Below are positions 25,198 through 34,935 of a stretch of 64,000 nt of DNA, piece by piece. Made by a program: the position numbers and the translations under genes. This DNA comes from a virus (taxonomy: Duplodnaviria > Caudoviricetes). The notes beneath the pieces were generated by a model. It saw only the letters and a list, made by a program, of their open reading frames with translations. It was not told where the DNA came from and did not search any database. How positions within the stretch are numbered: the first letter of the stretch is position 1; every line of letters starts with the position of its first letter. The stretch lies in IMG/VR virus record IMGVR_UViG_3300020576_006930, positions 64,001 through 128,000 of that record. One strand, given 5' to 3'.

Positions 25198-28100
25198 GAT
25201 ACGCAATTTTTATATTTTTATTGTTATGCTTGGTGTTAAATTCTCCAGCGGAAAACCGCGTCCCCAATTCTGGATTTGAATTAGGACCTTCGCGTGGTTG
25301 GTTGTCGTGGGAAAATTTAAATAAACCGACGTTTAATGGCAACGGATCGCTCTACACATTCATGAACACGAATGCGAATTCCGGCGGTTATTCCTTTCGA
25401 TCCACTGGAAGGTTGCGTTCTCGCTTGTTTTGGTTAACCAATGGAAATTATGTTCTGACTTTTTCTGCCAAAGCAACTTCCGCCCATACTCATAAAGCGG
25501 GAATTTTAAACGAAACCGCAGGTGTAACTACCGTTGATCCGACAGATACGATTTCAGTCACTACCTCTTGGGCACGGTATACAAATACTTTCACGGCAAC
25601 CAGTGATGGTCTTTATTTTGTAAAATTTATTGATGTTAACGCGTCGGTTTTTTATGTGGATGATGTTCAGGTTGAGTCCGGCGTAACGGCGCATGACTAT
25701 GCGCCTTCAACTCCAGTTGAACTTGGTATTACGATTCCCCAGACAAATTCTATGTTTTTTGTTGGTCAAACGGCGCAGTTCACACTTAACTTTTGGAACA
25801 CAGGCCCGCCGACCAATGCCACGGCGCGGTATGATGTTTATGATTTCTGGAACTCAAATGTGTTGAGCGGAGTTACCTCCGTCGCCCTGGCGGCAGCAAC
25901 GAACACCACCACTAATATAAATATCCCCAATCTAACCGGCTGGTTTCGGGTAATGACTAGACTTGCGGATTATCCCGATTCGTGGGACGAAGCCACGTTA
26001 GTCGCATATCCGTTTGCGTCGAATATTACCTACAACGCAGCAACGGACTGGCTCGGCGGGCATCCACAAGATTCCACAAACAATATTAATCGTGAAATGA
26101 TGGCAGGGCGACACATCGGGAGAACTCTCGGGCCTGGATGGCAAGCCAATCGCTGGGGATTTGTGTCGGGTATTGAATATAATCAAGGGGTATTTGACTG
26201 GAACGATTACGCCATCACAAATTTGACGCAGCAAGGAATGTATGTGGTTGCGACCCTGACTCCGGAAGACGGAACGTGGCCGCATTACTTTACGAATAGC
26301 GAGGCGGTGAATCTGGGGCTGTGGAGTAACTACTGCTACAAGCTGGTTTACCGCTACAATGTCGAACTTGGACTCAGCAACAGCATCATTTATGAGGTTG
26401 GACCAAATGAACCACTACAATCCGGTCCGACTACACCCATCAATGTCCGGGACGCCGTGACCTACGCTAATGTTCTGACCTACGGCGTTTGGGGCGCAAC
26501 CAATGCGCATGGGAGCGCAAAACTAATCGGTATTGCCGGTGCGGCTGGAGCGGGTGAATGGGCTTGGTGGGTCTACACGAACTTACCAGCCGGAACAAAG
26601 GCAGCACTAACGGCGGTTTCCACCCACGTCTACCCACAGGATTCAGTGGGGGTTGCTTTAAACCCAAACGGAAGTTTTAACGCAGTAAGCTTCGTGAATA
26701 ATTCTTACGGTTATGCGACCAATTTTGCGGGGATCAAGCCTGTCTGGAATACGGAATCCGGAGTAGGAACTGTTTCAGGCTTCAAAGGTCAAAATACAAT
26801 GTGGACGAATTATTATTCATTGTTTAAAACCGATTACACTTATGAGAGCCAACGAATGGAACGGCAGAGCCGAAGTTTAACGGCGGTAATTACCAGCACT
26901 GAAGAAGCTCTCCGTGGTCTTGGCGCTGGTTTGGATAAGTTTTTATATTATGATTGTCGGAGATTTAACGATGCTTCATTTCAAACCGCTCAACCATACG
27001 GTCAAGATTATATGCAAGTTGATCACCCGCATCTAGTCTCCTTGTCCATCGCACAATATATGGTAACACACGGCTTTGGTCGGGTTGTCAATAGTGGAGA
27101 AACTAAAGTTGAAGCCTATTCTTTTACTAATTCCAGTGGCAATGCGGTAATAGCGGCGTGGAACTACGACCGCACCAACCGAACGGCGACGTTAACCAAT
27201 GCGTTTTTTGCCGCTTACGACGTAATGGGAAATCGGATTTCCACTAACTCAGCAAACATCGCACTAGACCGATTTCCAACCTACTTTGTGAGCAGCACGC
27301 TTTCGTTAGTTCAGATGAGCAATATGTTTTGTACAGCAACGTTTGTTAATGTTGCCGATACGATTCCACCTCAGGTTTCCTTCTCCGTTGCGCCGACTGG
27401 AGCGTGGAACGGTGATTCCGCCGGAACATTGGTTAAATGGGACGCGTTGGATAACCGGTGGTCGAATTATCCTGAGGGCTACGATTACACTAATATTCTC
27501 AGCAAATATTCACTAGACGGAGCTGCCTATACCACTTATTCCCAGAGCAATTACGTTTGGTTATCTGGGCTGTCAGCTGGCAACCACACAATTAAAGTTA
27601 CAGTTAAAGATAAAAATAACAATGCCGACGAATGGACATATGATTTTTTGGCTGGCGAAGACATCCCGGTTATTACCATCACCTCACCGACTAACAATCA
27701 ACCTTCCGTCGCGACATCAATAACGGTTACCGGAACAAGTTCTGATAATGATACGGTGAGTGGGGTTTCTTTAACTAACATATCAACTGGAGTCGGCGCA
27801 ACCGTAACCGGAACCACTTCTTGGAGCGCAACAATGACGTTGCGGCAAGGAACAAATACATTACAAGCCGTAGTCACAGATAATTTAAGTAATAAAGCAA
27901 CTAATTCAATTGATGTCATAGCGGTCAACCTGACAAACCGGAACACCGCCGTTAAATCTCCCTATTTAGGTGTACAGTATTTACAAATTCAGAATCCCGC
28001 TGCCCAGCATACTTTGATGTCTAATGTGCCCGCCACCTATGTCAATATGCCTATCACGTATGCGATCCTGACTGGCGGCGCATACGGGGGCCACGCAAAC

Positions 28101-29153
28101 GGAACAAATTATTACGATGCGACGTATGCCGCCAATACAAACGCGGGGTGGAATATCATTTTACAATTTTCTGATATGCCCACGAATCTTATTGCCACAT
28201 ATGTTCCTTATTTAGTTGCTAGGTACCCTTCGTGGATGGTGATCCCGTTGAATGAGAATGACAGCGCAGCGGAGTCGTCGGCGATCATCAAGTTGTTCCG
28301 GACGGCGTTACCGACGCAACGGCTCGGAGGTCCAGCTCTTTATCATATCGTCAACCCACCATATATTGATGCTTTGATCGCGAGCAACGCATTCCAATTA
28401 CTTGACAGCTTCGTCGCACACGATTACCTTGCGGTGCCGTTGAACGGGCTCTGCACGGCTGGCTGGTGGACGAATAGCTACTATCACCCGAGCAACACGC
28501 CGACGGGCTACCATCCGGAGTGGTCGGTTGGGAATCTGCCTAGCCGTTTAACGTGGATGAATAGCTACACGAACCAATTGCGGACGGATTATACCGATAC
28601 CCCGAAGGCAATTGTTTCAGAATATGGCATTTATCAAAATGATGTTCCTGATGGCGAATACGCAGGACGTATATTCCGTTCTATGCATATACCAGTTTTC
28701 GTCACGGCGAACTTCGCCACCACTAATCAGTGTCCATATAATAATGCTCTATACGATGGAGTTGGGGTTGGTTATTTCACCGAAAGTCAACAGGAATTTC
28801 TTTCCAGTGTAGAAATTACCAGTTCTTGTGCGGTTGCTTCTCCCGTCGTCGTGGCAAGTGGAGGCGCAGGTTTATATAGCACAAGTAGTAGTACAATTAA
28901 CGTATCAGGAACTTCAGATAATCCTGACGCGGTGATCTCGTGGAGTAATTCCCGAGGCGGCGCCGGATCGGCAACGGGCAATCTGACGTGGAGTAAGACG
29001 GGGATAACTCTTTATAGCGGTGGTAATACCTTAACTTTTACCGCAACATCAGGAGAGGATAGCACGTCTACTACATTAACGGTTACGTATACTCCGCCGC
29101 CTCCTGGTGGTTCGACGAACAATGTTTGGATATTAAATCTTTACAACCACTGA
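25194..29153 (+). CDS. Secreted multidomain glycoside hydrolase (CBM + clan GH-A-like barrel + Ig + second GH-like barrel + Ig)
   Basis: Signal MRYAIFIFLLLCLVLNSPA; NSGFE..YVDDVQVE CBM4/9-like; NEP and WNTESG catalytic-type motifs; second NE..HDY..SEYG; ATGA overlap with upstream stop. Confidence 0.75.
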   Translation: MRYAIFIFLLLCLVLNSPAENRVPNSGFELGPSRGWLSWENLNKPTFNGNGSLYTFMNTNANSGGYSFRSTGRLRSRLFWLTNGNYVLTFSAKATSAHTHKAGILNETAGVTTVDPTDTISVTTSWARYTNTFTATSDGLYFVKFIDVNASVFYVDDVQVESGVTAHDYAPSTPVELGITIPQTNSMFFVGQTAQFTLNFWNTGPPTNATARYDVYDFWNSNVLSGVTSVALAAATNTTTNINIPNLTGWFRVMTRLADYPDSWDEATLVAYPFASNITYNAATDWLGGHPQDSTNNINREMMAGRHIGRTLGPGWQANRWGFVSGIEYNQGVFDWNDYAITNLTQQGMYVVATLTPEDGTWPHYFTNSEAVNLGLWSNYCYKLVYRYNVELGLSNSIIYEVGPNEPLQSGPTTPINVRDAVTYANVLTYGVWGATNAHGSAKLIGIAGAAGAGEWAWWVYTNLPAGTKAALTAVSTHVYPQDSVGVALNPNGSFNAVSFVNNSYGYATNFAGIKPVWNTESGVGTVSGFKGQNTMWTNYYSLFKTDYTYESQRMERQSRSLTAVITSTEEALRGLGAGLDKFLYYDCRRFNDASFQTAQPYGQDYMQVDHPHLVSLSIAQYMVTHGFGRVVNSGETKVEAYSFTNSSGNAVIAAWNYDRTNRTATLTNAFFAAYDVMGNRISTNSANIALDRFPTYFVSSTLSLVQMSNMFCTATFVNVADTIPPQVSFSVAPTGAWNGDSAGTLVKWDALDNRWSNYPEGYDYTNILSKYSLDGAAYTTYSQSNYVWLSGLSAGNHTIKVTVKDKNNNADEWTYDFLAGEDIPVITITSPTNNQPSVATSITVTGTSSDNDTVSGVSLTNISTGVGATVTGTTSWSATMTLRQGTNTLQAVVTDNLSNKATNSIDVIAVNLTNRNTAVKSPYLGVQYLQIQNPAAQHTLMSNVPATYVNMPITYAILTGGAYGGHANGTNYYDATYAANTNAGWNIILQFSDMPTNLIATYVPYLVARYPSWMVIPLNENDSAAESSAIIKLFRTALPTQRLGGPALYHIVNPPYIDALIASNAFQLLDSFVAHDYLAVPLNGLCTAGWWTNSYYHPSNTPTGYHPEWSVGNLPSRLTWMNSYTNQLRTDYTDTPKAIVSEYGIYQNDVPDGEYAGRIFRSMHIPVFVTANFATTNQCPYNNALYDGVGVGYFTESQQEFLSSVEITSSCAVASPVVVASGGAGLYSTSSSTINVSGTSDNPDAVISWSNSRGGAGSATGNLTWSKTGITLYSGGNTLTFTATSGEDSTSTTLTVTYTPPPPGGSTNNVWILNLYNH

Positions 29154-29172
29154 TTGATAGTTATGGCGTGAT

Positions 29173-29580
29173 ATGAAAAAGGTAAAAATAATCTGGTTTT
29201 GTCTTGGGTTTATTATAACCGGTCTATTATGGGCGGCGCCTTCCAAACAATTGTTGGGGCCAACCGCAAGTACAACCGCTAACGCATTGGCCCGATGGAC
29301 CGATACCACGGCTTCCCGCTTGACTAATTCCGTGGTGTTCGTGGATATCAATGGCAATCTCAGCGGAGTTAATACCCAGAATTTGAACCAAGCTAATATT
29401 AGTACAGGTATCACCACCAATGGTCTGATTTTTTTAAGCCGCAGTAGTTTACCTAGTGCCAGTGATGTAGGTGGAACTATCGGTTCCATCACGAATTATC
29501 TTATGACGGTAACTAACGGAATAACGACGGTGTTTTGGTCCGACGGCACCACTTTATACAGCAAACAAATCGCTCCTTAA
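29173..29580 (+). CDS. Secreted stand-alone copy of shared C-terminal module
   Basis: Signal peptide + KQLLGP..WSDGTTLYSKQIAP. Confidence 0.8.
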   Translation: MKKVKIIWFCLGFIITGLLWAAPSKQLLGPTASTTANALARWTDTTASRLTNSVVFVDINGNLSGVNTQNLNQANISTGITTNGLIFLSRSSLPSASDVGGTIGSITNYLMTVTNGITTVFWSDGTTLYSKQIAP

Positions 29581-29586
29581 AACGAT

Positions 29587-30216
29587 ATGAAAAAAATACT
29601 AACATTCTTGCTGGCGATTCCATGGTTGGCATCGGCTCAAATCGGGATCACCGGCAACGCGGCGTTTGTTGGCGCGGCGGGCTTCTCGGTTGCGAGCACG
29701 GGCGGAGGCAGTTGCCCCGGCACGCCTACGGTGGCCCAAAATGTTTACAACGCAAATCAAGCATGTGGGCTTACGGATGGAATTGGACATTACCGAACGG
29801 GTTTAATCGGATACACCAACTCGGCGACGATCAACATTTGCGGGGCTGACTTTTTAATGACCTATGTGGCGGGTGACATTTCAGGGCTGACGTTTAAGGC
29901 TTATGTTTACTCGCTATCTGGAAACAACCTCGACACGTTGCTAGCAACATCCTCAACCACGATTTCTGGTAATAATAGCTGGTCCCATACCACCAATCAT
30001 TTCGATTTTTCAACGGCGGCTACCGTTAGTCCGGGAACGCGCGTAGCAGTTTTTGTGCAACCAACGCAGGCGGGGGATAATTCCAACTACGCTAGAATTG
30101 ACGTGCAAGACACAAATGTTTTGACCCCCGGAAACTTAGCGACTTGGAATAGCACGGGCGGAATTGAATTGAACGCAACCACGAATGACCCATGGATAAG
30201 CCTTTATTTTTATTGA
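29587..30216 (+). CDS. Secreted beta-sandwich protein
   Basis: MKKILTFLLAIPWLASA signal; jelly-roll-like composition. Confidence 0.7.
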   Translation: MKKILTFLLAIPWLASAQIGITGNAAFVGAAGFSVASTGGGSCPGTPTVAQNVYNANQACGLTDGIGHYRTGLIGYTNSATINICGADFLMTYVAGDISGLTFKAYVYSLSGNNLDTLLATSSTTISGNNSWSHTTNHFDFSTAATVSPGTRVAVFVQPTQAGDNSNYARIDVQDTNVLTPGNLATWNSTGGIELNATTNDPWISLYFY

Positions 30217-32000
30217 TCGGTTTGCTGCTGGCATTGCAGGCGCAAGCGGCGACCAACATTGCAACGAGTGTGTCTCGCTCTGATGTTAACGCGGCAATGT
30301 CGGCCTGTTCCAACGGGGATACCCTTTCGATTCCCGCCGGGTCCGCAGTGTGGACTTCGGCGCTTACGGTGACGAAATCAATTTCAATCATCGGAGCTGG
30401 CACAAATGCAACCTTCATCACCAACGGGCAAGCTAGCGGGGTCTGCACCATTTTTGCGTTTGAACCCAGCGCGAACGCCCCGCAGCGGCTTAGTTCAATG
30501 GCTTTCATCCAGACCAACGGGTTTGCTCAGCAATATGTAATTACTGTCAAGGGGGCTATTAGCTCGTTTCGGCTCGACCGCTGTTTTTTTACTCAAGGCA
30601 AGACTATCATCCAAACGGCACTCGCGGCGGGAAGCGGGCCGGTTTTCGGCGTGATTGACCATAACCATTTCTATAATTGTTCACTGGAAATACAGTGCTT
30701 CAATTTCCGAACCGGAGACACGTTGGACGGCGACCAAATGTGGACAGCCTGGCGGGCCGCTCCGAGCAGCTATATCGGAACGACTAACAGCATGGTGGTA
30801 GAAAATAATGCGTTCCATGTGGACAACTCTTTGGCGGGTGACAATGACGAGCCAATGAGCGGAGGGCGTGGGGCAATTTACGCTTGGCGATTCAACACCC
30901 ATCGAAGCGACAACACCTCGCGGGCCTATGTGGGTGTTGATATGCATGGTGCGTTTGCGGGGGTTCGTGGGGGAACGCTGTATGAGATTTACTCCAACAA
31001 TTTTTACATTGCCACCACATACCGACTCACCAAACAGCGAGGCGGAAGCTGGATATCCTACGGCAACACCTATTGGAACACGAACACGGTGAGGGACTTC
31101 ATAAACTTGGGTGCGGAAACGGGCACCGAGCAAACGGCGAATGCGGCGACCGGCGACGGTTACACCAATTCTTTTTATTGGGGGAACATCTCAAACGGTT
31201 CGGAAAATACAACCGTTGTTAACGACAGTCTGCTGCCCGCAGTTGAGGGGACGCATTACTTTTTGCACGCCCCGGCTTCCACCAACAATTTTTACCCCTA
31301 CACCCCGCTTGTCTATCCGCATCCACTCGTGACGGCGCAGGATGGCGGCGGAGGCGGCGACGTAACCGCCCCGACCTGCGTGATCACATCGCCGGCCTCG
31401 GTATCGAGCGGGAGCAGCGGAAGCTACAGCACCAGCAGCAGCACGATCACGGTGAGCGGAACGAGCGACGATGCGACGGCGACGGTGACGTGGAGCAATT
31501 CACGCGGGGGAGCGGGTACGGCGACGGGAAGCACAAGCTGGTCCGCACCAGACATCGCTCTTTATTATGGTGGTAATACACTAACTATATCAGCGACGGA
31601 TTTGAATTCCAATATAACCTCCACCGTCCTGTATGTCATTTATATTAGTCCTTTTTCCACTGCGAAACAAATCACCGGTCCCTTAGCTTATTCCCGGGCG
31701 CAATCCGCGGCGACCTGGGCCGATACCAATGCTTATAAAGTACTGGATTCACCCGTTTTAATTGATAATATTGGGAATATCACTGGCGTAAATACTCAAC
31801 AGATGGTCCAAGCAAATGTCACGACTTTATATACCACCAATGGCTTCCTCTTACAACAGAAAGCAAGCCCACCGGAAGTGTCAACCATCGGCGGTTCAGT
31901 TGGTAGTATAACCAATGGTTTTTTATTGAATTATAATGGCAAAATTTATATGTATTGGAGTGACGGTAATACATTATATTCCAAACAATTAATCCCCTAA
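30192..32000 (+). CDS. Secreted right-handed beta-helix protein + Ig + shared C-terminal module
   Basis: Signal peptide; GDTLSIPAG..ISIIGAG, VIDHN.F, VVENN.F, YEIYSN; YPHPL; C-terminal WSDGNTLYSKQLIP. Confidence 0.8.
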   Translation: MDKPLFLLIGLLLALQAQAATNIATSVSRSDVNAAMSACSNGDTLSIPAGSAVWTSALTVTKSISIIGAGTNATFITNGQASGVCTIFAFEPSANAPQRLSSMAFIQTNGFAQQYVITVKGAISSFRLDRCFFTQGKTIIQTALAAGSGPVFGVIDHNHFYNCSLEIQCFNFRTGDTLDGDQMWTAWRAAPSSYIGTTNSMVVENNAFHVDNSLAGDNDEPMSGGRGAIYAWRFNTHRSDNTSRAYVGVDMHGAFAGVRGGTLYEIYSNNFYIATTYRLTKQRGGSWISYGNTYWNTNTVRDFINLGAETGTEQTANAATGDGYTNSFYWGNISNGSENTTVVNDSLLPAVEGTHYFLHAPASTNNFYPYTPLVYPHPLVTAQDGGGGGDVTAPTCVITSPASVSSGSSGSYSTSSSTITVSGTSDDATATVTWSNSRGGAGTATGSTSWSAPDIALYYGGNTLTISATDLNSNITSTVLYVIYISPFSTAKQITGPLAYSRAQSAATWADTNAYKVLDSPVLIDNIGNITGVNTQQMVQANVTTLYTTNGFLLQQKASPPEVSTIGGSVGSITNGFLLNYNGKIYMYWSDGNTLYSKQLIP

Positions 32001-32001
32001 T

Positions 32002-32502
32002 ATGCTAAGTCCTATTTTCATTATGGGTCAGTTCCTTCAGCCCTTATATGGGTTTTCTGTTGCCGCCGCCGGCGATATCGTTTGGATTTCGCAAACCACC
32101 GACGCGGATTGGTGGCAAGGGACCATTCACTCTCAAGGGATTAAAAACTCATCGGCCCGCACCATTTCAAAAGTTAGAATCAAACTGGAAAATGCCGCCG
32201 GGGATACCACGGGCACCGTCGGCATTTACTCGCTTCAAAATGCCGGCGGAACCCAAACCGGAACAAGCTCGCAAGCCGTAACCCTAACCGGCGCAACCGC
32301 CGCATGGTATGAGTTCACGTGGGCGTCTAATCCGACAACGACGGCAGGCGACTTTTTTATCTGCCTATCCTGCGGGAGCGGGAACATTCGTGTGCGAACC
32401 AGCACGGTTTCGACGAGTTATGAAAACTCGTCTTACGACTACTGGAACGATGCGACCACGCACGCGGCAGACATGGTGTTTGAAATTTATACAATCCCTT
32501 GA
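32002..32502 (+). CDS. Small beta-sandwich partner protein
   Basis: Resembles 29587 (GFSVA near N-terminus, D..F.IY C-terminus); no clear signal peptide. Confidence 0.65.
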   Translation: MLSPIFIMGQFLQPLYGFSVAAAGDIVWISQTTDADWWQGTIHSQGIKNSSARTISKVRIKLENAAGDTTGTVGIYSLQNAGGTQTGTSSQAVTLTGATAAWYEFTWASNPTTTAGDFFICLSCGSGNIRVRTSTVSTSYENSSYDYWNDATTHAADMVFEIYTIP

Positions 32503-34556
32503 AGCGTTTTCTTTCATTTATTTTTGCGGTTGGTTTGGCCCTGCCAGCTTTTTCGGCTACCTACTATATTGATTACGGGGCGGCGAATGATTCGGCCAAT
32601 GGTCTGACCACCTCCACCCCCTGGAAGCGATGCCCGGGCATGGTGGGCTTCGCTGGCACTTACTCGCATAGCGCAGGCGACGTGTTCACATTCAAGGGTG
32701 GGGTGACGTGGCCAAAGACGGTCTTCCCTTTGACCATCGGTTACAGCGGCGCCGCTGGCAACGTGGACACCTATACTGTGGATCAAACTTGGTATTCAGG
32801 AGGGGCTTACGACTATCCGGTTTTCGACGGCGAGACGACGCTCGGAGGTGCGATTATTTCAATTCCGGCAGGTGGCCGGGATTACATAAAGATCAATGGG
32901 TTGAAGATGCAGAATTGCGACAACGGCACGAACTCCGTAGGCGCAATTATGATTGACATGTATGATGGGCGAGATATTGAAATCAGCTATTGCTGGCTCG
33001 CCCCAAACTCCATCGAGGCTTTTGATTACCTAGCCAACTCCAAAAGCGCGGCCAACATTTCAATCCACCATTGCACGATCCGAAACGCGATTCGAGGGGT
33101 GGTTTATGCCACGACCGGATTCAGCGTGACGAACGTTTCAGTTTACAACAACGATTGGCAAGGGCCGGGGACGATGTACATGGGCGGCTACCATGCAGAC
33201 GGCTTAATGGTGGGCGACCCAATCGCCGGCGTGGCCAATTCGATTTACAACTTGCGCGTTTACAACAACAAATTCTACGGGAATTGGCAGATTGCAACAG
33301 CCATCATTTACAGCAATGGGGGCGTGAACGGCGCTGAGATTTACAACAACGTCTTTTCGTTGGAAAACACAAACGGATACGCGACCAATCAGCCAATTTT
33401 CGGAGCGTTCTGCCAGTTTTATCGAAACGACACCAATCTTCGTTTCTACAACAACACCTTCTCCAGTGACGCCATGCACGGATGGAACGGCAGTGACCCG
33501 TTAGGGGCAAAGGCGGCGATTGCTCAATACACTCCCATCAGCGGCGCAGTGTTGACCGCCTACAACAATCTTTTTTCCAAATGTGCAATCGGGATAAATG
33601 TTGATGCGACGGTAACGGTTGTTTCAGATTACAACCTGCACGAGCCAGACGCATCGCATTGGGGTTATCTGATCTGGGGGGCGACCGCGTATAGTTCGCT
33701 TGCCGCCGCGCAAGGGGCAGGCTATGAGCTTCATTCGCCGGCACTGGCCTACGCCAGCTTTGTAACCGTTTCAAATGGCATCACGGGGGGTTCTGATTTC
33801 CGCCTTCAAACCAATTCTCCCGCCATCGGCGCCGGCACGAACCTAAGCGCCTTATTTACGGGCGACATTTTAGGTACCAATCGCGGAAGCTCGTGGACGC
33901 TTGGCGCGTATCAATCCGCGTCAAGCGGCGCCGGGGGCGGCGACGTTACCACCCCGACCGTTACCATTACCAGTCCCACTCATAACCAAGTTATTAGCGC
34001 AAACTCCATTGCGGTTAGCGGAACCAGTTCGGACGATGTCGCCGTCAGTTCGGTCGCCTTGACTAATACCTCAATGAATGCCGGCGCCACGGTCACCGGA
34101 ACAACCAGTTGGACGGCGACGATTCCCCTTCGCACCGGGACCAACCTTTTAAGCGCCGTGGCCACGGATAGCAGTGGTAATAAAGCTACTAATACGATCA
34201 CGGTCATTTACTCCGTGGCCAAACAGATTATCGGCCCAGTCGGATTAACAACGGCCAGGGCGCTTGCACGTTGGTTGGACACTTCCGCTTATAAATTAGC
34301 AAATAGCTCAGTGGTTATTGATGATTTAGGTAATGTCTCAGGTGTTAGTAACCAAACCATAATGAGACTGGACGTTGGTATAGTGTGTGTCTCCAACAAC
34401 TTGATTTTTATCCAGCAAAACACTGCTCCAATTGCTGGTGATATTGGGGGATCGGTTGGAAGTGTAACGAACTGCGTCATACGTAATGTCAATGGTATTC
34501 TAAATGGTTATTATTCAGACGGTGTAACTCTTTGGACAAAACAATTAGCCCCCTAA
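32499..34556 (+). CDS. Secreted pectate-lyase-like beta-helix protein + Ig + shared C-terminal module
   Basis: Signal MKRFLSFIFAVGLALPAFSA; ATYYID..ND..NG....PWK; HADG; IYNN.F repeats; DFRLQ..SPAIGAG; C-terminal YSDGVTLWTKQLAP. Confidence 0.85.
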   Translation: MKRFLSFIFAVGLALPAFSATYYIDYGAANDSANGLTTSTPWKRCPGMVGFAGTYSHSAGDVFTFKGGVTWPKTVFPLTIGYSGAAGNVDTYTVDQTWYSGGAYDYPVFDGETTLGGAIISIPAGGRDYIKINGLKMQNCDNGTNSVGAIMIDMYDGRDIEISYCWLAPNSIEAFDYLANSKSAANISIHHCTIRNAIRGVVYATTGFSVTNVSVYNNDWQGPGTMYMGGYHADGLMVGDPIAGVANSIYNLRVYNNKFYGNWQIATAIIYSNGGVNGAEIYNNVFSLENTNGYATNQPIFGAFCQFYRNDTNLRFYNNTFSSDAMHGWNGSDPLGAKAAIAQYTPISGAVLTAYNNLFSKCAIGINVDATVTVVSDYNLHEPDASHWGYLIWGATAYSSLAAAQGAGYELHSPALAYASFVTVSNGITGGSDFRLQTNSPAIGAGTNLSALFTGDILGTNRGSSWTLGAYQSASSGAGGGDVTTPTVTITSPTHNQVISANSIAVSGTSSDDVAVSSVALTNTSMNAGATVTGTTSWTATIPLRTGTNLLSAVATDSSGNKATNTITVIYSVAKQIIGPVGLTTARALARWLDTSAYKLANSSVVIDDLGNVSGVSNQTIMRLDVGIVCVSNNLIFIQQNTAPIAGDIGGSVGSVTNCVIRNVNGILNGYYSDGVTLWTKQLAP

Positions 34557-34629
34557 GCTATCTTTTTAATAAAATATTGATCGGTTTTCATACCGTTTAC
34601 CATATTTATAATCAAAGGAATCTTATTAT

Positions 34630-34854
34630 ATGGACTGGTTAAAAGGTATTTTAGAAGACAATAGTGGCGGCGCATCCTCCACACGCATATTAATGTTGGT
34701 CTGGGGCGTCGGAGTTTTCGTCGTTTGGGCTTATATTTCCCTCCATACGGGAGTAATGGTCGTTTTACCAGAAACCGTAATCACCGTGCTCCTTGGTACT
34801 TCCGCAATGAAAGTTGTTCAGCGGTTTGGGGAAAAGCCTGAAGATAAGAAATAA
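34630..34854 (+). CDS. Putative holin
   Basis: 74 aa, SSTR motif, two TM helices, charged C-terminus. Confidence 0.55.
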   Translation: MDWLKGILEDNSGGASSTRILMLVWGVGVFVVWAYISLHTGVMVVLPETVITVLLGTSAMKVVQRFGEKPEDKK

Positions 34855-34935
34855 TTCCGGCGTTTAATACACGCTTGAATTTTTTGTTACGGTAGAGTTA
34901 AATAGGCTAGTGGTGTATATTTATTCTCAAGACTC

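Noticed and set aside
29173-34556. Diversity-generating retroelement repeats
   Set aside because: Repeat copies differ at all base types and no reverse transcriptase is in the window
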